Shown in pieces: positions 14,395 through 28,325 of a stretch of DNA of 64,000 nt. Below the pieces are notes generated by a model that was given only the letters and a program-made list of their open reading frames with translations, was not told the DNA's origin and searched no databases. Each line of letters begins with the position of its first letter. Positions within the stretch are counted from its first letter, which is position 1. The DNA comes from Eledone cirrhosa (Eukaryota): positions 86,676,001-86,740,000 of the forward strand of contig OZ024747.1 of assembly GCA_964016885.1 (NCBI GenBank). Reading direction: 5' to 3'. The position numbers and the translations under genes were made by a program.

Positions 14395-14999
14395 AACTTA
14401 AACTTAAGAAAAAAAATATATATCGAACTTTGTGGAGAGAGATATCACATGTTGATGTTGATGCGCAGTCTGCAGCAACTGGCAGAGTTTAGCGTCACAA
14501 GAAGATATATATACTAACAGTGGTTTTTAATAGGAAGATTGTAATGGTAACACTAGCAACAGTGAAAATAATAATGGTAATAATAACAATCATGAACTTA
14601 TGTAGGGTATTAAGTGGAGTAAGCGCACATATATATACACCCGGGACCAATAAATAAATAAATAAGACCTACAGTAGAATCCTCACATAAACCGAGATAT
14701 AGACACACACACACATATATATATATATTTGTGTATGTATCTATGTATGTATATGTATAATACACACGCTCAAACACACACACACACATATATATATGTA
14801 TATACATAGATACATACACATATACATATATATATATATAATGTATACACACACATATAAAATCACACATGCATAAATCCATAAACATAAGTACATATAT
14901 ACCTACACAAGTATATACAGTCACGCATATAAACCTATATGTATATAAACATATATATGTATATAAACATATATGTGTATGCATATTCACATACATACG

Positions 15000-16340
15000 T
15001 ATTGGAGGAAAGAGGGAGACATGCTTTGTCATTTTACTGTTCATTGGGTATTTTGTGAAGGAGTTCTATAAGCTGCTAGTTATATTTGAGTTGTCCTGGT
15101 ACGTGTGCAATTAGTAGGTTTATAAGCCATGCTAGGAGCCATTCTATTTTCCAGAGAGAGGATATATTGTTGGTGATGATCGGACGTAGTTTTAGATTGG
15201 CAAAGTCTCTTGTGTCCTTGTGGATCTTAATTTGGCAGTAGAACCGAGGAAGGAAGCTTTTGTATGTGTATGTGTAGGTTTAGTTTCACGCCATCAGAGA
15301 CGATTTTCCACAAATAGTTGCACTGGTTTTCTATTCTGCTCGTGGTGGTTTTAGTTTGTGTGTATATACTGCTTTGTGAGAGGTGTGTTAAGAGAGCTTC
15401 TTGGGATGTGTTGTTATCTACTACACAGAACTCTCCTCCTTTATCTGATAGCCGGTAGACTAGGTTTCTATTCTTCAGTAAGCTGAGGACTGTCTTTTCT
15501 ATGTCTGTTAGATTGCATGGTGGTTGTTGTCTCTGTGCTATTTACATGATCTTTAGGATTTCCTGTCGACTCTATTTTCATATGGATCATCCGTTGTCGG
15601 AGGTTTTCAGAACTCCTCCTCGTAGGAGTAAAGCTTGAGTTGTTTGCTGTAATTCTGTTCTCTCGTGTCTCCGTCGATGTGTTGTATCCACAGAAGCGCA
15701 TAGGCTATTCTAGGAATTGATGCGGTGATTTTGTGTTGGGCTGAGGGTTATTGTGAATTGGATTTTGGTTATTTGTCTATTAGCGATAATTCATCGGCGG
15801 TGAGTGTCCTCGAAAGGTCCGTTACCATTACGTTGCGTGCTAAGGACGAGGCTGAGGATGTCATGTATATATTTGCGGTTGTGTTGTTGCTGTTTGTAAT
15901 GTGTGGTGTGGTGTTTGTGTTACTGTATGTGTGTGTATCGTTGTTATTGTGAGTGGTGTGTTCGGTGTTGTGTGTATTGTGAAAGCTTTGCTAACTGTTC
16001 CTTGTGCCTCTGTTGTTTGTTTTTGATCTCTGAGAAAATACGGGGATCTCCAAGTATTTTAGAGATTGTGGTGTTACGTGGTGCATTGTACATTTATTTA
16101 GGAAGCAGTAATGCCACTAGGTTCTTTCTAACTCTACCCCCAAACCTAATTTTAGTTCTAACATTAACTCTCACACGCTCATCTTTCTGCACCTCTGCCC
16201 TCACCTAAACGAACAATAAAACACAAAACCTACACCGTTTCGAAACAAGTTTTATCAAGCTTATTGTATTTTATTATATTCTAGCTTCTCCTTCTTAGCT
16301 TCCTATAGCTTACTCTTCTTACCTTGCTCTGAGCCGCACG
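15000..16340 (-). mobile_element. Degenerate Penelope-like element (N-terminus plus start of RT)
   Basis: Manual translation with frameshifts gives VTDLSRTLTADELSLIDK, SDKGGEFCVVD (DKG motif) and LPRFYCQIKIHK..KLRPIIT. Confidence 0.85.
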
Positions 16341-17635
16341 CACTACAAAAATACTACACTATACATACAAATATATTGCTTGCAAATTTCAACTCAGCTA
16401 TCACATACATTTTCAATTGATGTAGTGTTTGTTCATTGTAGAAGAAAAAGCATCAATGAGTAAATGACGAGAGGGAAGGAATATTTGAAGGAATATTTGA
16501 AGGATGAAGATAATTAGCCAAATAAAAATAACGATAATATAAGTGATTTGAAAATTCAGAAACATATCTAGTGAATTTCTTGATTTCAGGAAGGTGTATT
16601 TCCCTTCTGTTAATACTCTAAAATCCTTTATGATTCTGTAAAGAATTTAGAAGAAAGAAAGGAATTATTTAAGCAAAATTTTAAATTTCACAGTTTGTAG
16701 TGCGTGTAATTAATTATGCACACTTTTATTTGAAATGACTTGTTTTAAAATCCATTGAGATTCTGAAAGTTATTGAATAGAACCGCTGCAAATATGGTTG
16801 ATAATTGAATAAATTTTAATAAAATATTCCGGTTTCTCTCTAAAAGAATGTATTTATGTCGACAAATGTCACGAAATTCAAACCTGATATATCCATCCAT
16901 TACTCTCTAGGTTTGGACCAGCCGATATCTTCCAGAAAACGAAAGAGAGAACACAAGTAAGAGAGAGAACGTGTGACAAAACGATAGATGAAGAATCGAC
17001 CACCATATTTGACTGGTATCCTATCTATCGACTTCCAAGATGAAACATAAAGTTGGCCTCGGTAGGATTTGAAGTCAGATCGGATAGAACTAATACAAAT
17101 ACCGCAGAGCATAAACGACGTCATCTTAACATCGAAGATGTGATATCACATACACAAATTAATCGCTGACTTACTATAAGTTAAACTTACGAATTCAATG
17201 TTGACCAAGTAAATATCAGTTAAGGGAGAGGAAGGGGTTCACAACCTGACTGCTTCAATAAACGGCCAACTTTTGTGTTAGTATAATGTTTCACATTTAC
17301 CGTTATGATTAAAAAAGAGTAATTTATAAAAAAAATTAGAGTGTAAATCTAAAGTTTTATATATTACAGTAAAAATAAAGATAATTGTAACAATACAAAT
17401 GATACTTTAAAAATTACGCAATATCACGCAATATCACGTAATTTGGTGAGTGAATTAAGTTTAATTAGTGTGTTGAAATGGAAAACATTTTGTCGTGATT
17501 ATTATCTGAATATTGCAAAAGAATCACAGAATATCGCAACAAATTTTTACTAATTAAACCAAATTAACAAGTATTTTTATATATTTGTATAGGATTTATT
17601 TTCATATTAACAGGATTTTAAATTTTGTAATAACA

Positions 17636-17845
17636 ATAATTGTTTCTACTTTCAGACATTTGAAATGCAGGGGGAAATCGATTAAATCAACCCCAGTGCA
17701 TTACTGGTGCTTTATTTTATCGAACCCGTAAAGATGAAAGGCAAAGCTAACTTCGGCGGGATTTGAACTCAGAATGTAAAGGGTCGTAACTCTATGCCGC
17801 TACGCACGTTGTCCGACGCTCTTCCAATACTGCCAAACCACGGTC
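17636..17845 (-). mobile_element. tRNA-derived SINE (long-tail variant)
   Basis: Family core plus an extra GGGGGAAATCGATTAAATCAACCCC segment. Confidence 0.8.
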
Positions 17846-17880
17846 TTAATAGTAATAATAATTGTTTCTACTTTTTGGCA

Positions 17881-19557
17881 TTTTTTATTTGGGTGATCCA
17901 TTTTTTATTTGGGGGATCCATTTTTTATTTGGGGGATCCATTTTTTATTTGGGGGATCCATTTTTTATTTGGGGGATCCATTTTTTATTTGGGTGATCCA
18001 TTTTTTATTTGTGGGACCCATTTTTTATTTGGGGGATCCATTTTTTATTTGGGGGATCCATTTTTTATTTGGGTGGTCCATTTTTTATTTGGGGGATCCA
18101 TTTTTTATTTGAGGGATCCATTTTTTATTTGGGTGATCCATTTTTTATTTGGGGGATCCATTTTTTATTTGGGTGATCCACTTTTTATTTGGGGGATCCA
18201 TTTTTTATTTGGGTGATCCATTTTTTATTTGGGGGATCCATTTTTTATTTGGGGGATCCATTTTTTATTTGGGGGATCCATTTTTTATTTGGGTGATCCA
18301 TTTTTTATTTGTGGGACCCATTTTTTATTTGAGGGATCCATTTTTTATTTGGGGGATCCATTTTTTATTTGGGGGATCCATTTTTTATTTGGGTGATCCA
18401 TTTTTTATTTGGGGGATCCATTATTTATTTGGGTGATCCATTTTTTATTTGGGTGATCCATTTTTTATTTGGGTGATCCATTTTTTATTTGGGGGATCCA
18501 TTTTTTATTTGGGGATCCATTTTTTATTTGGGGGATCCATTTTTTATTTGGGCGATCCATTTTTTATTTGGGTGATCCATTTTTTATTTGGGTGATCCAT
18601 TTTTTATTTGGGGTATCCATTTTTTATTTGGGGATCCATTTTTTATTTGGGGGATCCATTTTTTATTTGGGTGATCTATTTTTTATTTGGGGGATCCATT
18701 TTTTATTTGGGTGATCCATTTTTTATTTGGGTGATCCATTTTTTTATTTGGGTGATCCATTTTTTATTTGGGGGATCCATTTTTTATTTGGGGATCCATT
18801 TTTTATTTGGGGGATCCATTTTTTATTTGGGTGATCCATTTTTTATTTGGGTGATCCATTTTTTATTTGGGTGATCCATTTTTTATTTGGGGATCCATTT
18901 TTTATTTGGGGGATCCATTTTTTATTTGGGTGATCTATTTTTTATTTGGGGGATCCATTTTTTATTTGGGTGATCCATTTTTTATTTGGGTGATCCATTT
19001 TTTATTTGGGTGATCCATTTTTTATTTGGGGGATCCATTTTTTTATTTGCGTGATCCATTTTTTATTTGGTGGATCCATTTTTTATTTGGGTGATCCATT
19101 TTTTATTTGGCGTATCCATTTTTTATTTGGGTGATCCATTTTTTATTTGGGGGATCCATTTTTTATTTGGGTGATCCATTTTTTATTTGGGTGATCCATT
19201 TTTATTTGGGGGATCCATTTTTTATTTGGGTGATCCATTTTTTATTTGGGGATCCATTTTTTATTTGGGGGATCCATTTTTTATTTGGGTGATCCATTTT
19301 TTATGTGGCGGATCCATTTTTTATTTGGGTGGTCCATTTTTTATTTGGGTGATGCATTTTTTATTTGGGGGATCCATTTTTTATTTGGGGGATCCATTTT
19401 TTATTTGATGGATTCCCCAAATAAAAAATGGATCCCCCAAATAAAAAATGGATCACCCAAATAAAAAATGGATCACCCAAATAAAAAATGGATCACCCAA
19501 ATAAAAAATGGATCACCCAAATAAAAAATGGATCCCCCAAATAAAAAGTGGATCACC
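17881..19557. repeat. 20-bp satellite (TTTTTTATTTGGG[G/T]GATCCA)n with orientation switch near 19410
   Basis: About 76 forward units followed by about 7 inverted units. Confidence 0.97.
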
Positions 19558-19947
19558 AGCAATTACCCAGTGCATTACTGGTACTTTATTTTATCGACCC
19601 CGTACGGATGAAAGGCAAAGTAAACCTCGGTGGGATTTGAACTCAGACCATAAAGGGCCGTAACTCTTTGCTGCAAAGCATGGCGTCCGACCCTCTAACG
19701 ATACTGCCAATCCACTTAATAGTAATAATAATGATTTCTAGTATAGGCACAAGGCCAGTAATTTGTGGGAGGAGAAAGTCTATTAAATCGATCCCAGTAC
19801 GTTACTGGTGCTTTATTTTATCGATCCCGTAAGGATGAAAGACAAAGTTAACCTCGGCAGGATTTGAACTCAGACCGTAAAGGGCTGTAACTTTATGCTG
19901 CAAAGCATAGTGTCCGACTCTCTACCGATACTGCTAATCCACCGCCC
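19556..19947 (-). mobile_element. Two SINE copies; the first is split by the satellite (its tail is at 17858-17880)
   Basis: ATTGTTTCTACTTTTTGGCA precedes the array and CCAGCAATTACCCAGTG resumes after it. Confidence 0.8.
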
Positions 19948-19987
<40 letters not shown>

Positions 19988-20366
19988 CATTTGAAAAAAC
20001 ATTTGAAAAATTGAGCAAGTATAATGACCTGGAGATAGAAATTGGAAAAAATGTGGAAATTGAGAACTAAAACAATACCAGTGGTTGTAGGCGCTCTAGC
20101 AATGATACCTAAGGGGTCTAATGATTACTTATCGCAAATCCCAGGAAACCCACGTATAGGAGAAATACAAAAGATAGTACTAATGGGAACTGCCCATATA
20201 CTAAGGAAGATTCTGTCAATATAAGTACATCACAAGTCTAAACATCTAAAGATGCACGTGTGTGTATGTATGTTCTTTCTTGAACATGGCGGACCTTGTT
20301 GTCTCTTGAGGTCACTGGTTGTGACTTGGTGATAACTCGTATGAACATAAAGCAAGATAAATGCAA
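19988..20366 (+). mobile_element. 5'-truncated R4/Dong-type LINE 3' end within (TAA)n
   Basis: EKLSKYNDLE..WKLRTKTIPVVVGAL..IQKIVLMGTAHILRK; (TAA)n on both sides. Confidence 0.85.
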
Positions 20367-20387
20367 ATAATAATAATAATAATAATA

Positions 20388-20597
20388 ATGGTTTATTATA
20401 TAGGCACAAGGCCAGTAATTTGGGGGGAGGGGAAAGTCGATTAAATCGACCCCAGTGCGTGACTGGTACTTTATTCTATCAACCCCGTAAGGATGACAGG
20501 CAAAGTTTACCTCGGCAGGATTTGAGCTCAGATCATAAAGAGCCGTAACTCTATGCTGCAAAGCATGGCATCCGACCCTCTACAGATATTGCCAATG
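20388..20597 (-). mobile_element. tRNA-derived SINE
   Basis: Family motifs. Confidence 0.82.
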
Positions 20598-21746
20598 CTT
20601 TATAAATACATTAAGTACAACACAGGACGGTACAAATATGGATTTCATCGTGTAATTAAAAAACAAAAGGAAACTAAAATTGTCAGCTCTATCAGATGGT
20701 TGCCATTCCTGTAAATGTTTTTTTCGGAAATGTATTTTTTCTTTCTTTCTATTATGTGATAACTGATTACAGAATGAAGAATTATTCATAGTAATGCTGC
20801 AAACTGAATCCAAATTATTATTCATTTATATATCAGTGGGGAGCAACACATGTCCTACGAAACCTTGTATATAAATGAATTAGTATAGAAAAACATTATG
20901 GGATGTGTATATAAAATATACGTGGTTGGAGGATGAAAACGTAGTACAACACAAAAACCAAACGCGATTTAACGATATCTATCAATAGAAAGCATAAAGG
21001 AAACTGACAAATGTGTAGAACTCTCTTCACTTGAACAAGGCGCCGACAAAATTGTGACAGAACTTTCCCTGCTTCTAAGATACACATTTATTCTAAGGTG
21101 TTTATATTCATCTGATAACACTCCACTATAATTGTATCTAAGAAACCGTGTTAAGTTATGCTCCAAACATCAACTTAATAATAAGAAAGTTAGTTATATT
21201 ACTAAATCCTTTAATATTGTTAATAATTTTCAAAACGAGTCGAAAAATATAGGCAGCGTATTTCCTTAGAAATATAGTAATGAAATGGTTAAACCGAAGC
21301 ATAGTGCTTATATTTGAAATGGCCGTGGCTGGTATAATTTGCTACAAAGTATAACAAAATTACTTGCATTTATTCCTTCAATACCGATTCATTATGAATT
21401 CAAATCATTTTGCTGTCAGTTTTGGGATTGGTCTTTTAAGAGGAGTTGAAATAAATACCAGCCAAGTACTGGGTCGATAACATTGATTTCCCCTTACACC
21501 AAATTGCTGACCTTGTGCCCAAATTAGAAATCATTGTGGTAATAGTTGTTGTTGATGATGATGATTATGGTGATCGTGATGATGAGGATTATGGTGATCA
21601 TAATGATGATGATGGTGGTGTGGTGGAGGTGGTGCTGTTGCTGCTGATGTTATTACTATCAGCGGCATACAAAGTACAGAAATTTATGTTCCAAACTGTT
21701 GTTGTTGTTGATGATGATTATAGTGATGGTGATGATGGTGCTGCTA

Positions 21747-22008
21747 ATAATTGTTTCTACTATTGGCACAAGGCCAGCAATTATCCCAGTGCATTACTGG
21801 TACTTTATTTTATTGACCCCGTAAGGATGAAAGGTAAAGTTAACCTCGGCGGGATTTGAACTCAGACCATAAAGGGTCGTAACTCTATGCTGGAAAGCAT
21901 GGCGCCCGACCCTCTACCGATACTGCCAATTCACCTGATAATTTTTTCTACTTTTGGCACAAGGCTAGCAATTATCCCAGTGGAACCGATATTGCCAATC
22001 CACCACCC
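21747..22008 (-). mobile_element. Full and internally deleted SINE copies
   Basis: Family motifs inside a (GAT)/(GGT)-rich region that has a local duplication (21610-21683 similar to 22015-22100). Confidence 0.8.
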
Positions 22009-22434
22009 TTATAATGATGGTGGTGTGGTGGTCGTGGTGGTGGTCGTTGTGTTGCCGCTGCTGTTGGTATTACTATCAGCAGCATGCACAATACAGAAAT
22101 GTAGTCAAATACTGTTTTCTACTTCTTTTATATTCCGAACTGTTATTTATGATAAAATTCGAAAATTTATATTGAAATATAACAATAAATCTAATGTGAA
22201 ATATTTCCTGTAACGTTAACAATTCGTGACATTATCCAGTTTGATCTCTATTATTAGGTACCTTACATTTCCCCTTCTTTTAGTTACTCTCTATTCTCCA
22301 ATCTCTCTCCTTTTACATGTTTGTGTTTACTTTTTTTTTTCCAACTATCTCTCTTTTCTCCTCCCCATCTACCTCTCTTGCACACACACATGAATAAATA
22401 TATAATGTTTGCGTCTGTGTCTGTGTATACTCCT

Positions 22435-23061
<627 letters not shown>

Positions 23062-23094
23062 TTCTGCGTGTGTGTATATGTATGTATATTTTTT

Positions 23095-23801
23095 TGACCG
23101 GCCACCTTCCTGGAAAGAAAAGAAATTGTCATCCATTGAATCGCAAGAATGTTTTGCAAATTTTGAAGGTGCCAGCTATCGCAGCCATTTGTAGACTATG
23201 AATTAGGGAGCTGCGCTCTTTATCCGCAAATCCAAGTTCAGTCATACTTTGGTCCAAGCAGGTTGGTATATAACCTGTAGCTCCAATAATGATGGGTATG
23301 AAGCTAAAGGTGTATCTTGGATACTGGATTTGTAAACCCCTCATCAACGGTCCGTAGATGTCCTCCTTCTCCTGTATTTTTCTGACAACGTTTACACCAA
23401 GTGGGCAGCTGATCTCCACAACAGAACACGTTTTCAATGTGTGGGCCCAAACAACAATATCGGGCCGGTTGTGCTTTAATTTGGTGGCAGTTTTTATTTT
23501 CAGGTTCCACCAGATTTCCTTAGTGCCATCTGTCTCAATATATTCTTCCTCGTTTGTTGTTAATTTTGTTTTCCGAAGTGCGTTCCAGATGGTTCTAGCT
23601 ATCCCATCATGTCTCATGGGGAGGTAGTAGCGAGATGACATTCTTTCGCAGCTGGAAACAATGTGGCTTACATCCTCGATCTTTGTTTTACATAGCCTAC
23701 ATTTATTGTCAGCTGCTGGCCCTCCCCTTTTGTGCAGCAGATATTTGATAGGGAGTTCTTGTTCCTGTATTGCATAGAGATATCCCTCAAGGTGTGATGT
23801 C

Positions 23802-23803
<2 letters not shown>
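23095..23803 (-). mobile_element. 5'-truncated RLE-type LINE (open 224-aa C-terminus)
   Basis: AIQEQ, CRLC..HIVSSC finger, RHD, NRPD, KEDIY, PIIIGATG; abuts (CATA)n. Confidence 0.92.
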
Positions 23804-23832
<29 letters not shown>

Positions 23833-24559
23833 TGTATGTATGTATGTATGTATGTATGTATGTATGTATGTATGTATGAGGGAGTGTACACAGACAGACA
23901 CAACCATTATATATTTATTCATATATATATAAATAAATATATAATGTATAGATTTTAATGAGAGTTTATTTTGTCATAAATTTAACATTATATACTCAAC
24001 AACATAAGTATACATAAATCCAAGACAAAACTATCTGTTTGATGTTCTCTCCAATGTTACCAGAATGTTTCTAAACTATTTGAATAATAAGATATATGTA
24101 AGCCAGGGCATCATAAGTGTTTTGATATGAATAATGTGAAGGTAGTCTAGAATTACAGCAGGAAATTTATAGTTTCCCTAGCCAGCTTAAATAGAATAAA
24201 CAATTCTTGTTCGAACATTCAAATCTTTCCTCAATGTAATTTCACCGCTCCACATATTTGTCATCACGACGATAAACGTCGTTCTCAATCATTAGCTTAT
24301 CGAGCTATTGTCACCTTTACTCTTGCAAATAACAGTAAAACAAAAAGCTATGTAGCGCTTATTGGATATCCTCTTTAAAATATTCCCCCATCGTATCCAT
24401 AGGTTCAGAAATCAGAAAAATGACTTACCATCCCTATAACCTAATATATCTGGAATTTATTGGTTCACCATATTAAGAGTTATAGAAACTATTATCCATC
24501 AGAAATCCTCTTAAATTAATTACTAGAGAAGGTGTGAATTATGTTGCGGAGAAGACTTA

Positions 24560-25720
24560 TATTACATTACAAACTTTTGATAGAACACCGAGAAGAAGTA
24601 ACACCGTCCAGATTTACGCAACGAAAGATATGATAACATCAAAGATCTTTCCACGTACAAACCAACACACCAAAGTTTGTCAAAGGCACTGGATATAATA
24701 AGAGCTATTGAACGACACTCACCTGTTTTATCCATGAATTGGTAGACACTATCTGTAATAACACCCAGGAGATCACCAGTAGAACGAAAGCCAGGAAAAC
24801 CATATAGAACATCAACAAGGAGACCCAAGCTCTCCAGTCACTCAAGCAGCTTGTTGTTGATGAGTCGTTCAAATACCTTGCTAACAATTGGGAGGAGACT
24901 AACAGAACGATATTTGTTTAGATCGGAAAGCTCTCCGTCCTTCTTAAAAATTGGGAAGACATTAGATACCTTCCAGAAAGACGGAAAACAAGACTTTGCT
25001 AGATAAAGAATGAATAACTTAGAGCAAAGATGACATCTCAGGAGCACACTGTTTCAAGAAAACCATAGAAATGTTGTCAGGATCAGGTAATTTAGACTGA
25101 TCAATCCTAGAGATCACATTACTGACTAACTTTAAGTTATGAATAGAGAATCAAAAACCTGTTCTGTACGAAAAGGAAACTAAGGAAAAGTATCATCTAG
25201 AACAAAGAGGTCAGCTTTTTTCTGCTGAAGAGCTAGAACATCTGATACATCACAACGTAGGGGCACAACAGACGTACCAGGATTGATAACACTATTGTAG
25301 ATTTTTCCAAGCCTCTGTGAGGAATAGGATTCCCGAGCCCTGCGTGTATTAAGAATATTTAGCGTCATCAATAGCGATTTTACAGGCATTGGGTTGCTCT
25401 CCAAAACGTGACCCGAGAATCATCAGGCTGATTTGCTGAAACCGTTGATAAAAGAGGTTCCGATGAGCAATAGCAGATGCACACTGTGTATTGAACCAAT
25501 GTGAAGTGTGCGGCTTTACCCTAAAATTGCAACTAGGAATACTAATGTCAATACCAATCTGTACCCACTCTGTAAATTCAGCCGTCGCATCAAAAGTAGG
25601 TTTCCAAGGAACATCGCGACGAAAGGAACGAAAGCCATCCTAGTCAGACGTTGCAAAGCTGAAAGCCCTACAGAAGCAGATTCAACATTGACTGTGACTG
25701 TAACATGATCCAAAAGGAGG
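24560..25720 (-). mobile_element. Degenerate CR1/L2-group LINE (end of APE plus RT)
   Basis: DHVTVTV, FPSFWKVSNVFPIFKK..YRSVSLLPIVSKVFERLIN, YGF..RSTGDLL, AFDKLW. Confidence 0.85.
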
Positions 25721-26825
25721 GAAAAACATTTGCCAAACTTCTTTCTGGAACAGAAGTCAGAAAATGATCAAGCAGATATTATTTTCAGACATACAAATAT
25801 CGATATTGGCTTAAACGCTTATATTAGATCACTACTCACATTAGTTATTACATAATTACGAATTGGATAATGGAGAGCGCATGCCATTACCCAGCACTGC
25901 TATCAAAAACTAGAGACTATACAGCTGAAGAAACAAGCAAATAAAATTCAAAGAGGCGAAAATTCAATATTTACGTTACTTGTCTATTTTCTTTTTTGAT
26001 TTGATTTTACACTCTTTAAACCATTCTAATGGCAGCATACTTGTTCTATTCCAGACATCAGCCAAATAAATATTATTGATACAACTAGGTTCAATGATTC
26101 GGTTTCTGCTTTGCAGCTACACGGTTTTTATTGAATTATTGAATAGCAATCTTAAAGGCTACAATACTATAAATCACATACTGCTGTGCTTTCAATATTA
26201 TATTTGCAAATGAAACATCAGAAAGTGCATCTATATGTGTAAGACCATTTGTTTAGCGTCTTATTATAAAATCGTGAAACTTTGAATATTTAGGAATATA
26301 TGTTCGCATTACTTTAGTTATGGAATGATGTATTTACATTCGTAAGATATTGAACATTACACATCCCTAATTACTTGCCAATGGCAGAAGTAGTATAAAA
26401 GAGAAAGAACAACGCAAAGCGTGCGACACGAAAGAAACAGAATTAAAAACAGCGGTCAACACCAACAAACATGGATACGACATGATTTAATATCAAGAGC
26501 GGGTGAACGAAACACAAATTAAACAAATAAACTGAAAACCAGCCAGGCATAGCAGACAAGGAACAAAGCTATTTTGGATGTATCTCAATATGTCACAAAA
26601 GAAAATTATCCATGTACTTTAGATGTTTACCTACAAGCTGGCTATGATAACTCATTTTGCTAAGTAGAGGCCGAACGTGGTAATACTTATTAGATGAGAA
26701 TAAAGATTAAAAGCTTTCAAGTTAGACCGCGTTGGTATACAATTCTGGAAGGTTAGTGGCTTGGATAAGATAACAACATCAATATGAAACTATCTTTGTG
26801 AATGCTGTCGGCTGAAAATACAACA

Positions 26826-27018
26826 TAATTGTTTCTACTTTTGGCACAAGGCCAGCAATTATCCCAGTGTATTACTAGTACTTTATTTTATCGACCCCGT
26901 AAGGATGGAAGGCAAAGTTAACCTCGGCGGGATTTGAACTCAGACCGTAAAGGGCCGTAACTCTTTGCTGCAAAGCATGGCGTCCGACCCTCTACCAATA
27001 CTGCCAATCCACCGCCCT
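26826..27018 (-). mobile_element. tRNA-derived SINE
   Basis: Near-consensus copy. Confidence 0.88.
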
Positions 27019-28110
27019 TTAATACAATATAATGCTGTGAAATGTGCTGGATGCTAAAGCAAAAAAATGTTACAACCCGGGAGCTCAAAAACCTCTTTTA
27101 GAGTAACTGTATTATCTGAAGATGTAGCTTCAGGTTTCATAACTTCTTCCCTTATTCTAACAATCTATTCACTAAATATTGTGTAAAATATGTTTCCTCT
27201 AAGCACTTCATTTGTGGAAACATTGTTTAAATGACCTCAACAGACATGATAGTGTGGTTAAAATGTTCGTATCGCAAACATGTAAATCCGAATTCAGTTC
27301 AACTGCACGATACTTTGGGAGTGTTCTACAATAGCCTCGAGTTGGCTAATACATTGTGAAAAGAATTCGTCCGTGGAGAACTGTAATGTAATTTACTTTG
27401 TAAATTACTCAAAGAAAGTTCTCAGAGATGACTTCTGCATAAAATAGTATTGCTATGTATATTGTTTTCCTTGTAACGGTAAATAAAAGACAAATATTTC
27501 TTTGCAGGTGGGTAAAGAATAATTTATTTTAATTTTATTCTTCAATAACATTCTTATGATAACATTCAATAGCATTCTTATATAATAACATTTTTATATA
27601 ATAACATTCTCATATAATAAATAACTTTCTTATGATAATTAACTTACAGATTCCTGTGTTATGGTAATGATTGTTTCGAAATATCATTACGGGATCTTTA
27701 GTTTGAGCATAATGATTTCCATTTTTAATAAATACTCTACTGCTTTAATTATGTTTTCTCGTTATGTTTTTAAAATAAACCGAATTAAAAAACTCAAAGA
27801 AGTAAAACTAAAATAATACGATATCATTTCGTCAACAAAATACCAAATACCTCGAATTCAGTTATTTTGACGATAGTTTAACATTTCGTTAGGACATGGC
27901 CACAATCAAGATAGTCACTGTCATCTTCCAGCAAATTAGTTAAATGGAAAGTTCAAGATTGAAATCGAATGCCAGGCAGGCAAGTCTTATTTCATAAAAG
28001 GTGGTTTATTCACTAGATTCCAGTACTTTACACTAATCATAAGAACTATTGGACGAAACATTTGACAAAAAGGCAGACAATTCGTTTTCTTAGGTAATGT
28101 TAACAGTCTA

Positions 28111-28258
28111 TCTTCTTCTTCTTCTTCTTCTTCTTCTTCTTCTTCTTCTTCTTCTTCTTCTTCTTCTTCTTCTTCTTCTTCTTCTTCTTCTTCTTCTTCT
28201 TCTTCTTCTTCTTCTTCTTCTTCTTCTTCTTCTTCTTCTTCTTCTTCTTCTTCTTCTT

Positions 28259-28289
<31 letters not shown>

Positions 28290-28325
28290 TTATTATTATT
28301 ATTATTGTTGTTGTTGTTGTTATTA
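28111..28325. repeat. Compound (TTC)n(TTA)n(TTG)n microsatellite
   Basis: Direct observation; abuts the LINE 3' end. Confidence 0.97.

Noticed and set aside
17881-19557. CRISPR-like array, or repetitive ORFs (GDPFFIW..)
   Set aside because: Head-to-tail repeats with no unique spacers and no cas genes in a eukaryotic context; the ORFs are repeat translations
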